Origin: Eledone cirrhosa
Lineage: Eukaryota
Direction of reading: 5' to 3'
NCBI GenBank assembly: GCA_964016885.1
Contig: OZ024746.1
Coordinates: 25,482,001 to 25,546,000 of the forward strand
Length of the DNA: 64,000 nt
Below, one piece after another: positions 42,915 through 54,923 of the stretch (position 1 is its first letter; every line of letters begins with the position of its first letter). The notes under the pieces were generated by a model. That model did no database searches. It saw only the letters and a list, made by a program, of their open reading frames with translations, and was not told the DNA's origin. Position numbers and translations under genes: made by a program.

Positions 42915-43080
42915 TCTTTTCTTGCTTAATACAGATAAGAAGGTTTCTGGTTCGAATTTTGGTAAGGTGTAAATGGCACAACCATTGGTAGCAATACTAA
43001 ACAAGATACAGACCATTCCATAGATGTGGAAAAATGGAAGAATTCCAAGGATTCGATCAAAAGGTTCAAATGAAAGGATT
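42915..43080 (-). CDS. 4CL-like exon 5 (ILSFEPFDRILGILPFFHIYGMVCILFSIATNGCAIYTLPKFEPETFLSVLSKKR)
   Basis: ttgcag / gtaagg, 166 nt; LPFFHIYG motif (different frame from the ORF track). Confidence 0.94.
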
Positions 43081-43142
43081 CTGCAAGCAATTGTAAATAT
43101 TCAATTAATAAACACATCACAAAGGAATTTGTTGTTTTATCG

Positions 43143-43475
43143 TTAACTCTTTTGATACGATACCAAAATACTGAAAACCACCTCTGTTTCTATGAAATAA
43201 AACCACCTGTTTTAACCTATCTGTTACTATATTTCTAATGACAGGAACTGCCTATGATTATTCGGATAATTTTGAAAATAATCAACAATTTGGAGGGATT
43301 TAGTAATATAACCAAATTTCTCATTATGAAGTTGCTGTTTGGAGGATAACTTAACAAATCTTCTTACATAAAATTATGATGGAAAGATTTTAGATAAATA
43401 TACAAACACCTTAAAATAAACAGCTTAGTACCATAGATCAAGGAGTGATTTCAGGTGGTTTGATATCAAAGGGCT
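43143..43475. mobile_element. piggyBac-like MITE family; partial copies at ~10365-10622, 17060-17535, 18390-18600, 25770-26080, 37850-38050
   Basis: ttaactcttttgatac...gatatcaaaggg ends; shared body ataattttgaaaataatcaagaatttggagggatttagtaa. Confidence 0.65.
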
Positions 43476-43915
43476 TTAAGTATTTCTACTTAAATTAAAT
43501 TCTTCTAACTTAATTCAACATAAGATGCTTTTCTTATACCATTCTAATAGTGAAATAATTAATAATTTTAGTAAATCCCTCCAAATTTTTCATTGATTAT
43601 TTCTTATACACCCAACACTCTGTAAAGTGGTACGCCGGTGTCCTGATATAACACACCCAATAGAATCTGTAAAGTGGTAGTGTTAGTGCCAAGGTAATAA
43701 GTATGCACCCAGTATGCACTATAAAGTGGTTGGTGTTAAGAAGGGCATCAAGCCATAGAAACCATGTTTATCTGACTTGTTCATGTGTTCCAGAACAACC
43801 TGTCCCACTTATGCTAGCATAGAAAATGAATGTAAAACATTGATAATGATGATGACACTGTTTTTATAAGCAAGTAATATCAGTGAAATAATGAGGTAAG
43901 AAAAGAAATACTCAC

Positions 43916-44118
43916 TTTATTTGTTGAAGATTTGCAACAATATTATTATGTGTTAACATGACACCTTTCGGTAAACCTGTGGTTCCACTTGAGTATGGTA
44001 ATACAAGAACATCTTCTTTAGAGTTACCAGAGTAAAGCTCTTTACACGCAGTACCATCATCTTCAAGAAGGGTTGAAAATGGTCGGCAACCATGTGAACT
44101 TCCAAACACAATTATTTC
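43916..44118 (-). CDS. 4CL-like exon 4, AMP-binding signature [18 protein letters not shown]
   Basis: ttccag / gtgagt, 203 nt; 4CL box I / ANL P-loop. Confidence 0.96.
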
Positions 44119-45134
44119 CTGGAAGAAGAATACAGTCATGAAATATAATTGCTAAATGGACTTTGCAAGCTATAGTGTAGGCAACCTACCTAGGAGAGTA
44201 GTGACTCTGAATAATAAAACTGTATGAGGTAGACATGGCCTCTGCAAGCCACAGAGAGGGCAATCTGTTTAGAAGGGTAGTCACCCTGAAGATATAAGAC
44301 TGTACGAGGCAGACGTGGATTCTGTAAGCTGTAGTGAAGACAACCCATCTAGAAGAGCAGTCACTCTAAGTAAAAACTGATACAGGGTAGAGAAGACTAA
44401 AGTTCTGACAGATAACCACTCTAGTGCTAGTGGCATGATAAAATGCACCCAGTCGATGCTGTAAAGTGATGATATTCAGAGCTGTATCTATCTTCTTAGT
44501 ATGGGAGCTTCTGAACCATATAAAGGAGGTGTACATTGTAGCATTGTAGACCAAGGCTAAAGCACTAGTATATAGTGTGGATATTCCAGCATCCTATGAT
44601 GAGCCTGCCAAGTGGTGTAGAAGGATGTTCCTCAGACACCTTTGCACGTAAGGATTTGAGTTACTGTCTGTAGATCAGCTATTGGTTCAATTTCACTCCA
44701 AGATAGGTTGATGTGGCCTCCTTGGTATTCAGATGGAATGATCCATAGATTTTTCCATCACTGATACTATTTGTCAGTCACAACTCTTGGCAGAAGAAAG
44801 GATCTGATCATCAGCTTAGAACAAAGAAATTATATTTCTATTGGTCTTTCCATTTCTGATACTATCTGTTGGTCACAACACCTGGCAGAAGAAAGGAGCT
44901 GATTGTCAGATTAGACCAAGAAAATATTGTTTCCATTGGTCTTTTCGTTTCTGTCGATTACAACACCTGGCAGAAGGAAGCAGGATGTGAATTCAGAATG
45001 TATGGAGCCAGATCAGATACTGACTCATTAACAATTTCACTAATCAACTACACCTGGGCTGGTACTTTATTTATTGACAACAACAATAAGAACAGTAACA
45101 ACTGCAACACCATCACTACTAACATCATAACCAA

Positions 45135-45375
45135 CAACATTGTTTTTTATGTTTTCATGAGCAATAATTATCAAAATAGCTATTTTTTTCTTAACATATT
45201 TTTGAGATTCCATTTTGTTATAATCCCAACATATCTAGGTCAGCTGTAGTCAGTCAACATTGTTTTTTATGTTTTCATGAGCAATAATTATCAAAATAGC
45301 TATTTTTTTCTTAACATATTTTTGAGATTCTATTTTGTTATAATCCCAACATATCTAGGTCAGCTGTAGTCAGTC
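45135..45375. repeat. 120-bp tandem duplication
   Basis: Two copies differing at one seen position (ccatt/ctatt). Confidence 0.92.
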
Positions 45376-45983
45376 ACATTATTCTAGCAAAATCATATAT
45401 TCCATTTCTGATTTTAAAAAATCATGTGTGTCTAACAAGTTTTGATTGAAAATGTGGCAATTTTAAAAACTAGCCTGTCATCATGAAAACGTGAACTGAA
45501 TTTGATAGTATGGATAATTCTAATATGTGGTCCTCATCTAAATTTGGAATGTTAAGGTGGCCATTTTATGCAAAAAGGTTGGGAACCTCTGCCATAGGAG
45601 GTTTCTTGGGTGTTTTAATTATAGGAGGGGAGGAGTCAGTCCTATTATGAAAAGTAATGTGAAATGAAGTGACTTGCTCAAGAACACATGCTGTTCAATC
45701 TTGGGCACAGACACAAACAAACATTGACACATGTACACACACATATATATAATGTGTGTGTTTATATATATATACAATGGGATTCTGTAGTTTCCATCTA
45801 TCAAATTCTACTCACATAGCATTGGTCAATATGAGGCCATATTAGAAGACACTTGCCCAAGGTGCTATGTAGTGGGAGTGACTCCAAAACTATGTTGTTG
45901 TGAAGTGAACTCCTTAACCACACAGACATGCAGTTCTAACAATGGCAAAACATTTAGAAAGTAAACTTAAATGTTACACAAAC

Positions 45984-46096
45984 CCTCAATTTAATAGTTT
46001 TACTGGCTGCTACAGCTTCCTTAACTATTGATACCAATTCTGGTGAAGTTATCATTGCACAGCTCTGAGAGTTCTCCAAATGAAACTTTAACTCAT
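45984..46096 (-). CDS. 4CL-like exon 3 (ELKFHLENSQSCAMITSPELVSIVKEAVAASKTIKLR)
   Basis: ttgtag acceptor, AGG|gtttgt donor, 113 nt; phases fit both neighbours. Confidence 0.85.
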
Positions 46097-46359
46097 CTAC
46101 AAAATAGAAAGTTGACTTTGAACAATTAACATTTTGTCTCAAGTTGTAGGTATTTTATTCTAGATCAATCAAATGACTTCAAAATTATAAAGAAAAATTT
46201 TTTTTCCTGTTGTGAGTTACATTATTTTGGACTGTAGCCTTAATTTCATTTGTTTGGGTTTTATTTTTTCTAAGACAAGATAAATCTGCACTGACGAATT
46301 TCAAGAAAATGAAATGTTCTGGAATATAAACAAACGGAGTGATTTAATTATCAAATCAA

Positions 46360-46625
46360 ATATGTCAAGCTGCTTGCACAGATTCCTTTGACTCTTTGTC
46401 ACCATCCAATTCTATTGTTCATCATATTCAACAGGTCAGAGGGATTGTGGTTTATGTCATCACAAATCTGCTTGATATATGTCTTGGCTTGTTGTCCTCT
46501 GCAAGCTCTTCCTTGTATAGGCTCCTACAAAAGAATTTCACTAACAATTTTGTCTTTAGTTCTCCAGCAATATCCTGCGAATTTGACTCGCTCTTTGATG
46601 ATGTCTGGTACTGGACAAAGATTCC
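46360..46625 (-). mobile_element. Old RTE-type LINE ORF2 C-terminal fragment
   Basis: Minus strand reads IIKERVKFAGYCWRTKDKIVSEILL*EP.QGRA.RG..AKTYIKQI. Confidence 0.6.
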
Positions 46626-48129
46626 CATAGAGTGGCTCATTGGACAGACGATCTACCGAAGTGACATTCAAAGCCACTCTTAGCATGCAAGTGTAGGCGC
46701 CATCTAATCTCCTTTACAGTTTTGAGGTAAGGGTCTATGCTGAGCAGCCATACAATAGAACAGAGGTAACAGTTGCTTGAAAGAGGCTCCTTTTCATGAG
46801 TTAACTTGTCAATGGCACCCCAGGCCTTACCAATTCATGTGCTTACATTGCTTTTGCAGCTAGCGACTTTACCACCCAGATAAGTAGATTCTTATACATA
46901 GCTGATAGGTGTGCCAGATACTATTTACTCAATTTCTTTTCTACAACAGCAAAAAACAAAACAAAAAAAAACCTGTCCCTTTGGCAACAAGCAAAGAATA
47001 AATAAGTAGAAAAATAAATATAAACAAAGAAATAAGTGTTGCTACATAGAATATATTCTTTACTTCTCTCTTCTCTCTTTCCTTTACTGGACATCAATTA
47101 AACAACATTGCATTGGAAATTTGAAGAAAACATTAATGAATGAATAGAAAATTGACTCTTATCATTCTGTAAGGATTTAGCAGAAACTATCTAAGATGAA
47201 TTTGTTAATTTAAATATATGTAGTATCTTTAGTGGATAGATTATTGTGAACATTTGGATTATTAGACTAATGAGTTTAATATCAACTGTGATATAGCCAA
47301 TTATGCTAAAAATACTGTTGCATAAAACATTCTCAAAAGCATTTGAGAATGTTGGCTTTTACAGTATATACTCAAATATAAGCCAAGGAATATGTGACCA
47401 AAAAATCAATGTAAAATGGCTTATATACACCATCTAAGCAATGTGTTGATTAGCTGCCTCGGCTTATAAATGGGGTTTGGAATTTTGCTCAGACATAAAA
47501 TAGGGGTGAGGGATCAGCTTATATTCAAGTATATAGGGTAATTCATCAATTAAATTGATGATGGTCATATACCTTGTTACTGTGTTTGGATACAGTACAG
47601 GATATTAAAAGTTAAAAGATTCTAATCCTTTACTATCAGGACCTTTTATAGAAACTTGGCAAGGCAGACTAAGATTAATTTTAGGCCTAGAGGTGGTGGT
47701 GAGGTTCCACTCAAAATTTAAGGGTGTTGTGAGTTCTGTTCTGGGCGTTGTAAACTCAAACATTCTCATTTGTAGTATATAATTGGGTGTGCACGTCTTC
47801 TCTCAATATTTTCTTTCTTGTCTTTTCTCTGATTAATTTCTATCGATTTGTTTCTTTTGTAAATCATATCCATTATATAAATTGTGTTATATGCCATAAT
47901 AAAATGCACACAGCTCACTCTATAAAGTAGTAGTGCTGGTGGAAAACAATAAAATGCACCTAGTCCACTCTGTAATGTATTAATGCTAGTATTACAATAA
48001 AATGCACACAGTACAATCTCTAAAGTGGTTGGCATTAGGAAGGGCATCCAGCCATAGAAACTTTGCCAAAATAGAACATATGAGCAGGACATGGTGGAAA
48101 ACTGACATATAATGATGGAAATAAAATTA

Positions 48130-48605
48130 AACAAAGAGTGTAACGGATGAGCCGAGAGAAAAACTGGCTATAAGAGAAATTAGATGCTTGCAAGAGAGAA
48201 GACTGCACTCTTATGGACATATGATGTGTATAGACGCTGCTTGTTGGGTGAAGAAGCACCAGAAATTCCTGGTGGAAGGAAGCTGCAGTAGAGGAAGACC
48301 AAGCAAGACATGGACAGAAGTGGTGAGAGCTGGTCTTGAAACACTGAACCACACAGAGGAGTTGATGAAAGAAATAATTGTTTCTACTTTTGGCACAAGG
48401 CCAACAATAACCCAGTACATTACTGGTACTTTATTTTATCGACCCCGTAAGGATGAAAGGCAAAGTTAACCTCGGCAGGATTTGAACTCAAACCGTAAAG
48501 GGACGTTGATGAAAGAAATAATGTATGGCGGGAAGCTGTGCTGGAAAAGACAAAAGACATGTCTAACCCATGTAAACATGGAAAGGCAGAGATAAAACAA
48601 TGATG
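48130..48605 (+). mobile_element. RTE 3' fragment interrupted by a 5'-truncated SINE (48373-48505, minus)
   Basis: QERRLHSYGH...RGRPSKTW; SINE flanked by 18-bp direct repeat gttgatgaaagaaataat at 48361 and 48505. Confidence 0.85.
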
Positions 48606-48619
48606 AATAAGAAACCTAC

Positions 48620-48827
48620 TTGCTGAATAGCTGGAGTTTACTGTTGTAGTTGTCAATCCAGCAGCAGCTGCTGCTAAGAACATTATTAAATATTCTGGAA
48701 CATTCGTAGAAAACACTGCCACAACATCACCAGGCTTATAACCAGATTTCTTCAAAGCACTTGCTACTTTTAATGATTTAGAAATCACATCTGCATATGT
48801 GTATGTTACTCCTGTTAAACCATTTTC
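48620..48827 (-). CDS. 4CL-like exon 2 (ENGLTGVTYTYADVISKSLKVASALKKSGYKPGDVVAVFSTNVPEY...TVNSSYSA)
   Basis: taacag / gtaggt, 208 nt; ANL A1/A2 motifs (TY....., G.KPGDVV). Confidence 0.92.
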
Positions 48828-49308
48828 CTGTTAAATTGGAGGAGAAAAGAGAAAAAATGAAATTAAAAAGCAACATTTAAATTTGATTTAAAATTTCCAG
48901 CTGTATAAACCATGTCGAAAAAATCACGTCAAGGACATCACGACTTTTCTTGTGCTGGTACCATGATGAAATACACCTTGCATACTCTGTAAAGTGGTTG
49001 GCCATAGGAAAGGCCTCCAGTTGTAGAAACAATGCTAACCAAAGGGTTGAGAGGACTCTTCAGTTGCATCAAAGACAAGACAACTTCTTTAGTGCTGATG
49101 CCATGATAAAATACACCCAGTAAACTCAGTAAAGTGGTTGGCCAGGATCCAGACATAGGAGCTATGCCAAAATAGACCTTATCTAGGATTGAGAATTACA
49201 TTAAAGGTACACATGTCTGGAACACTCGAAAAACTGGAACACTTGTTGTCAAAACCAATGGAAATCTATTCTACACACACACAAGAAGAAAGGAACCCAT
49301 ATACTTAC

Positions 49309-49611
49309 AATGAGTGTTTTGTCTTTGTATTTCTCTAATTCCGAGAGCATATATGCAGCAAAGTTCACATTAGGTACAGCCATTGGGTCGTATGCAGCTT
49401 CAATGATACCATCTTTAGAAATCTGCTGTAAAGAATGTGTTGTAGCAAACGTCCGACAGGAAATACTGGTGTGTGGAGACAATATCCTTCCATATTTGCA
49501 ATGATTTAACATCCATGATACACTCTTTTGATGTTGTTGTGTAACTCCACATTTTGAAATAGCGTTCCAAGTGAAGCCATGTAATCTGGGTCTCAACACC
49601 TTCTGGAGCAT
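49309..49611 (-). CDS. 4CL/luciferase-like acyl-CoA synthetase coding exon 1 (MLQKVLRPRL...ELEKYKDKTLI), includes putative mitochondrial presequence
   Basis: ATG at 49611 just after a cacag acceptor; 303 nt; donor ATT|gtaagt; phase 0 joins the ENGLTG exon. Confidence 0.85.
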
Positions 49612-49991
49612 AGTTGTTGATCTGTGATAGACACAACATAAATTAGAATAATTAGGATCAAATATTAGTTGTTGATCTGGCATAGAAACAACACAGTCTG
49701 GAGTAATTAGGATCAAATATAAGTTATTGATCTGTGATAGACACAATACAAATTGGAATAATTAGGATCAAATATTAGTTATTGATCTGTGATAGACACA
49801 ACATAAATTGGAGTAATTAGGATCAAATATTAGTTATTGATCTGTGATAGACACAACATAAATTGGAGTAATTAGGATCAAATATTAGTTATTGATCTGT
49901 GATAGACACAACATAAATTGGAGTAATTAGGATCAAATATTAGTTATTGATCTGTGATAGACACAACATAAATTGGAGTAATTACGATCAA
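49612..49991. repeat. 55-bp minisatellite x7 made of the splice-acceptor region of the 4CL-like ATG exon
   Basis: gatctg(tg/gc)atag at 49619, 49674, 49729, 49784, 49839, 49894, 49949. Confidence 0.92.
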
Positions 49992-50656
49992 GCATTTCAT
50001 AGTTATTAATGCATAACAGGCATGAAACAAAGTAAAGTAATTATGATTAAACATTTTATAGTCATTGATTTGTAATTTAGGCACAAAGTAAAGTAATTAT
50101 GATAAAAAATATCAGTAATTGACCTGTAATTAGGGTCAACTATTTCATAAATATAGATGGGATGGAAATTCGTCTGTTTCAAGCATGGGTGTACGTGCAT
50201 CTGAGTGAAGGTATGTAGCTTACTATTTAGGATGTTTGGCTAATGATTGTAGGGTTGTGAGTTTGATTCCTGGTGACACATTGTGCCCTTGAGCAAGACA
50301 CTTTATTTTCCCATTACTCTAGTCTAGTCAGCTAAAAAAAAATGAGTTGTACTTGTAATTCAACGGGTCGACTTTGTCACACACTACCACATACTGAATC
50401 TTCCTGAGAATTATGTTATGGGTACATGTGTCTATGGAATGCTTAGTCACTAGTACGTTAATCTCATGAGCAGACTGTTCTGTTGTTAAAAAAACTGGAA
50501 CACTCATCATCAAAATAAACAGAGGTCCAACAGCACAACTCAACAGAATGGAAATGCTGGAATAAATATTGCAAGGCATCCTATCCAACACTCTAACATT
50601 GCTATCAGTACCCCACACTAGACTGTTACTATATTTATCGACACTAGAAGGATGAA

Positions 50657-51966
50657 AGTGAAGGTGCATGGTCTGGTCAAGTTGTGTTGGATTTATAATC
50701 ATAATTTCATGGGTTTAATTTCTTGACTGGGTTGTGTGTTGTGTTCTTGAGTAAAACACTTCATTTCACATTGCTCCAGTATACTCAGCTATTGCTGAGG
50801 GGTTTAACCCTGCAATGGACTGGTGTCTGATCCAGGGGAAAATCTTGTACTCCCAGTTGCTTCACGCCATGGACATTGGGATAAGCACTGGCCTGGTGAA
50901 CCTCTGGGTTAGAGACAGACTTTAGAAAGATGAAAAGTAAAGTTGACCAGGGCAGGATTTGAATGAAGAACACAAGGAACTAGAATAAATACCATAAGGA
51001 ACCTTGTCCTAAGCACTAAACCTTTGGCCAATTTGTCTCTTATATCAATGTAATTTTGACAGCACACTAGCAAAGTTGTAACAGTAAAAAAATTTGAAGC
51101 AGTAGTAGAACATTGCTTAGCACCAACGTCACACTCCATTTTCTTTCTGTTGCAAAAGTGGTCCTAACTCTGAAATATCATGGAAAATGGAAAGGATAGG
51201 AGCCAGTTATCAGATTGGACAAAGGAAACAGTGTTTCCATTGTTGATATTATCTGCCGGTCGCAATTCCTGGCAGAACAAAGTTGAACATGAACTCAGAA
51301 TGCATAGAGCCAGATCAGATACCAGGTCATTAACAATACTACCAAACCACCACTCCTGGATAGTGCTGTTTTTTTATCAACCCCGAAGAGATGAAAATCA
51401 AAACCGTCCTTGGTAGGATTTGAACTTAGAGAACAGTGAGTTGAAAATAATATTGAGGCACTTAATCCAACACACTAACAACCCTGCCAAATATCATGAA
51501 ATTTAAGGTAAAAGTCTAAACTGTTGTCTTGTCATGTTTGTCTTACTTTACTCTAGTTTTCACTCTTGTGTTTCTAATTTGCATTGTACTGGCTTTCCTC
51601 AAACAATCCTAACCACTCACATCACAATGCTTCATAACGTTTTTTTTTCCATTTCAGGTAGACGCGCTCCATCATCCACTTTTCTAAAAAAATAAATCAT
51701 ACACAAAACGCCAGCATCAACAGTTTTGCAAGAGATGTCAACATGAATGGACCTGTTATTTTTATCTAAAGACATTTTTTCCAATTCCAACCCGCCCATA
51801 CCCTCAATCTATCTTATTTCTCATTCTTTCATCTGATGAAGGACTAGCGTCCGAAACGTTAAGACCCTCTTCCTGCTATATCAAGCGTTAACCTAATATA
51901 TCCCTTCCATATACTGTACCGATTGTGTTGTTATTTCTGTTTACCTTTTACATACATATATATATA

Positions 51967-52002
<36 letters not shown>

Positions 52003-52247
52003 CATAATTCGGAACTGGATATCTACCTGACACCTTGGGACTACACCCTTCCAACAATCTTTACCAGTCACGGATCACTATCTATCTTTTTATTTCATCT
52101 TTAATTTCTCATTTTATTTTCTGATGAAGGACCAGTGTCAGAAACGTTAAAACTTTTTCCTACTATATCAAGTGTTAAACTAATATATTTCTTCATTGTA
52201 GTGTGTCGTTTGTTTGTTATTTCTGTTTACTTTTTGCATATATATAT
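50657..52247 (+). repeat. 1.6-kb direct duplication, copy 1
   Basis: Matches 55248-56844 (offset 4591; three identical ORFs in the track); only a (TA)n length difference seen. Confidence 0.95.
51800..52247 (+). ncRNA. Two tandem Penelope-type repeats, each with a minimal hammerhead ribozyme motif (51833, 52121); duplicated at 56424 and 56718
   Basis: CTGATGAa-GGAC-tagc-GTCC-GAAACGTT and CTGATGAa-GGAC-cagt-GTCa-GAAACGTT, 288 nt apart in mutually similar flanks. Confidence 0.65.
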
Positions 52248-54172
52248 GTAGCGAGATTGTAGTTCTGGGTAGGAAGGACAAAGCAGAGTTATTGTTGGTA
52301 ATATTGGTATTATTATAGTATAGGCCCAGATCAGTTCTGATCAAGCAGACCTACAATGAAATATCTTCTAGCCATGATGATCCTACCATCTTCCCACAGG
52401 ATGATCCACATGGCTGGATGATGCCAATGTTGATTTCTTGCCATCATCATTGGTATTTCTTGGTGCTAAGAATTTGATTCAATTGAAGTTATCTTTATGT
52501 TCTGGATAAATCTATCTTTTATAAACTAAAACATTGGCAATGTGGACATGAGAATTGGTGCACAGCTTGGTCCAAGCATCCTCATTGTCAACCTGCTTCC
52601 TTCTGAGACTGTTTGCTTCTGTAAATCTTTTCTATCATGCTCTCCTCCAAAAGGGATGATCAGATGCATCTAATTTCTTCAAAGAAGCATCAGTAACATA
52701 TTTTTTTAATGTCTCCATTTGTAGATCTGTGAACTTCCACAGTTCCCATTGGCCATGTTCCATCTTGCAATTCTTTGTACATAAACATCTTCAGTAGTTA
52801 ATGATTAGACATCTAGGATTACATCACTAATGTGTTCTTTCCATGTTGCTGCTATACCACATTGTAGAATAGTCAGGCTTGTGTATAGCTGGTAATAGGC
52901 TCAGGCCAGATGTGAAATGTAGGCCCCATTTAAAACTGCTCATTAAGTATTTTAGTAATCAATGCAAAATACATATGATTCATGTATAGTTTGCGGCTAT
53001 GTACAAGGACACATAGTGTACAGGATGTACTTTATTCTTGCATTGATGAGTTACACTCTCATTTGGGGAAGGAGGAGGGTGGGATAAACTTTGTAACCCT
53101 GATGAAATTCCTCCCAGACTACATTCTTCAATATTTCCTTCCTTTTTAAAGAGAGGAACGATATAAAGAGTCCCTTGTTGGCTCAAGTAGAACAATAACT
53201 TTATATTTGGTACAAAGTGAAGGCATTGTAAAGAGAGAGTTTGATTAATAATTGATAATTGATGCAATTAATCATAGTACATGACTAGTACTTAGTTTAT
53301 TGGCATTGGCAACACAAAAAAACCACAATGTCAACAATGACAACATTTGAACATAGACAGTAAATGAACTTAACTGAAGATTATTACAGAACATTTTGTC
53401 TGATGCTCTACCAATTATGGCATAAAGAAGGAAGCTTAAATGGAAAAACAAGAGACAAGAAGGCAGTGGTGAGGTGGGGAATAAAAGAGCATCATTACAA
53501 CAACTTCAACATTAACAACAACAAAAATTCACCATAAAAAAAAATACTATAGCAAATATGTAAGCAAAAACCAAATTCTAAGAAATAGCATCCTAACTTT
53601 CAGAAATTTCTAGTTCTGTGAATAAGATCAGAATACAGTTCCTGAAACTTATTAATTTACTAATTACAAATTAATTGTGAGTGAGATGTAGCAGTAATTT
53701 TATGTGTTAATAGGTCACCAACCAGATGTAATCATAAAACTATTTTTGTCTATGGGTTTTAACACAAATGAGATCACTCACATGATATTAGACATGTTGG
53801 TTTTTAAAATAAGTCTGGCTTAAGTCTGGCTAAGTAAAAATAAACTTATATTACTGACACAAACACATATATATGTTTGTATTTTCGTTGTTGTAGTGGC
53901 ATTGTGGCAACATGTCTCCGGTCACAATTTTCACTGTGTCACACCCCTAACGTATTGTTATTACTCTGAGATATAATTTATCGATTTATTGATATCACCT
54001 CATAAGTGCTTTGTGCCAGCCTCAGAAGATTGATTTCGAAAAATGCTATTCGCAGCTGCAACTTCGGTTCTACTCACTATTATTATTATAGTACCAGTAA
54101 GGCACTGGGTGATTGCTGGCCTTGTGCCTAAAGTAGAAACAATTATTATTATATAAATATATATTATTATTA

Positions 54173-54478
54173 TCCTTGGAGTCTCAGTCATTGATGTTAT
54201 TTAACTGGAAAGTTTGTTCAAATGAGCATTAAGCCACTACCTGCAGCCTCAGATATTCAGGACGTATCAGAGAGTTCTTGCTGTACCCAGCAAGCATGCC
54301 TTTTGAAGTGTTCCAAAAAGGGGGGTTGGATTAATGTTCTTTAACCATCCTTGAAAACTCTTCGAGATAGTACCTAGTGCTCCTATGACAATCAGGACAA
54401 CCTTGATCCCATGACAGTCCCAAATCCTTTTTAATTCCCACTTTAAATCCTGGTATTGGTTAATTTTCTCCTTCAAAT
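54173..54478 (-). mobile_element. R4/Dong-type non-LTR retrotransposon 3' end (restriction-like endonuclease C-terminus)
   Basis: EKINQYQDLKWELKRIW...VVLIVIGALGT...LQKACLLGTARTL; flanked by (TAA)n on both sides. Confidence 0.75.
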
Positions 54479-54491
54479 ATATTATTATTAT

Positions 54492-54880
54492 TGGTGGATT
54501 GGCAGTATCTGTAGTGGGTCGGAGGCCATGCTTTGACGTATAGAGTTACGGCCCTTGCCAATCTGAGTTCAAATCTCGCTGAGGTTAACTTTGCCTTTCA
54601 TTCTTACGGGGTCGATAAAATAAAGTACCAGTAATGCACTGGGTAATTGCTGGTCTTGTGCCAAAAGTAGAAACAATTATTATTGGTGAATTGGCAGTAT
54701 CGGTAGAGAGTCGGACGCCATGCTTTCCAGCATAGTTACGTCCCTTTATAGTCTGAGTTCAAATCCCGTCGAGGTTAACTTTGCCTTTCATCCTTACGGG
54801 GTCGATAAAATAAAGTACCAGTAATGAACTGGGTAATTGCTGGCCTTGTGCCAAAAGTAGAAACAATTATTATTATTATT
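54492..54880 (+). mobile_element. Two tandem full-length family A SINEs
   Basis: Copies start at ~54492 and ~54684, each ending gtagaaacaattattatt. Confidence 0.9.
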
Positions 54881-54890
54881 AATAATAATT

Positions 54891-54923
<33 letters not shown>

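Noticed and set aside
34858-49611. Calling the gene a true luciferase, a plant 4CL, or a horizontal transfer
   Set aside because: Motifs show family membership only; 4CL-like ANL enzymes are widespread in invertebrates and this gene has ten ordinary spliceosomal introns
49612-49991. CRISPR-like regular repeat
   Set aside because: Contiguous units, no spacers, no cas genes, eukaryotic context
54492-54600. tRNA genes suggested by A/B boxes
   Set aside because: SINE heads; no complete cloverleaf, and each is followed by the SINE core and tail
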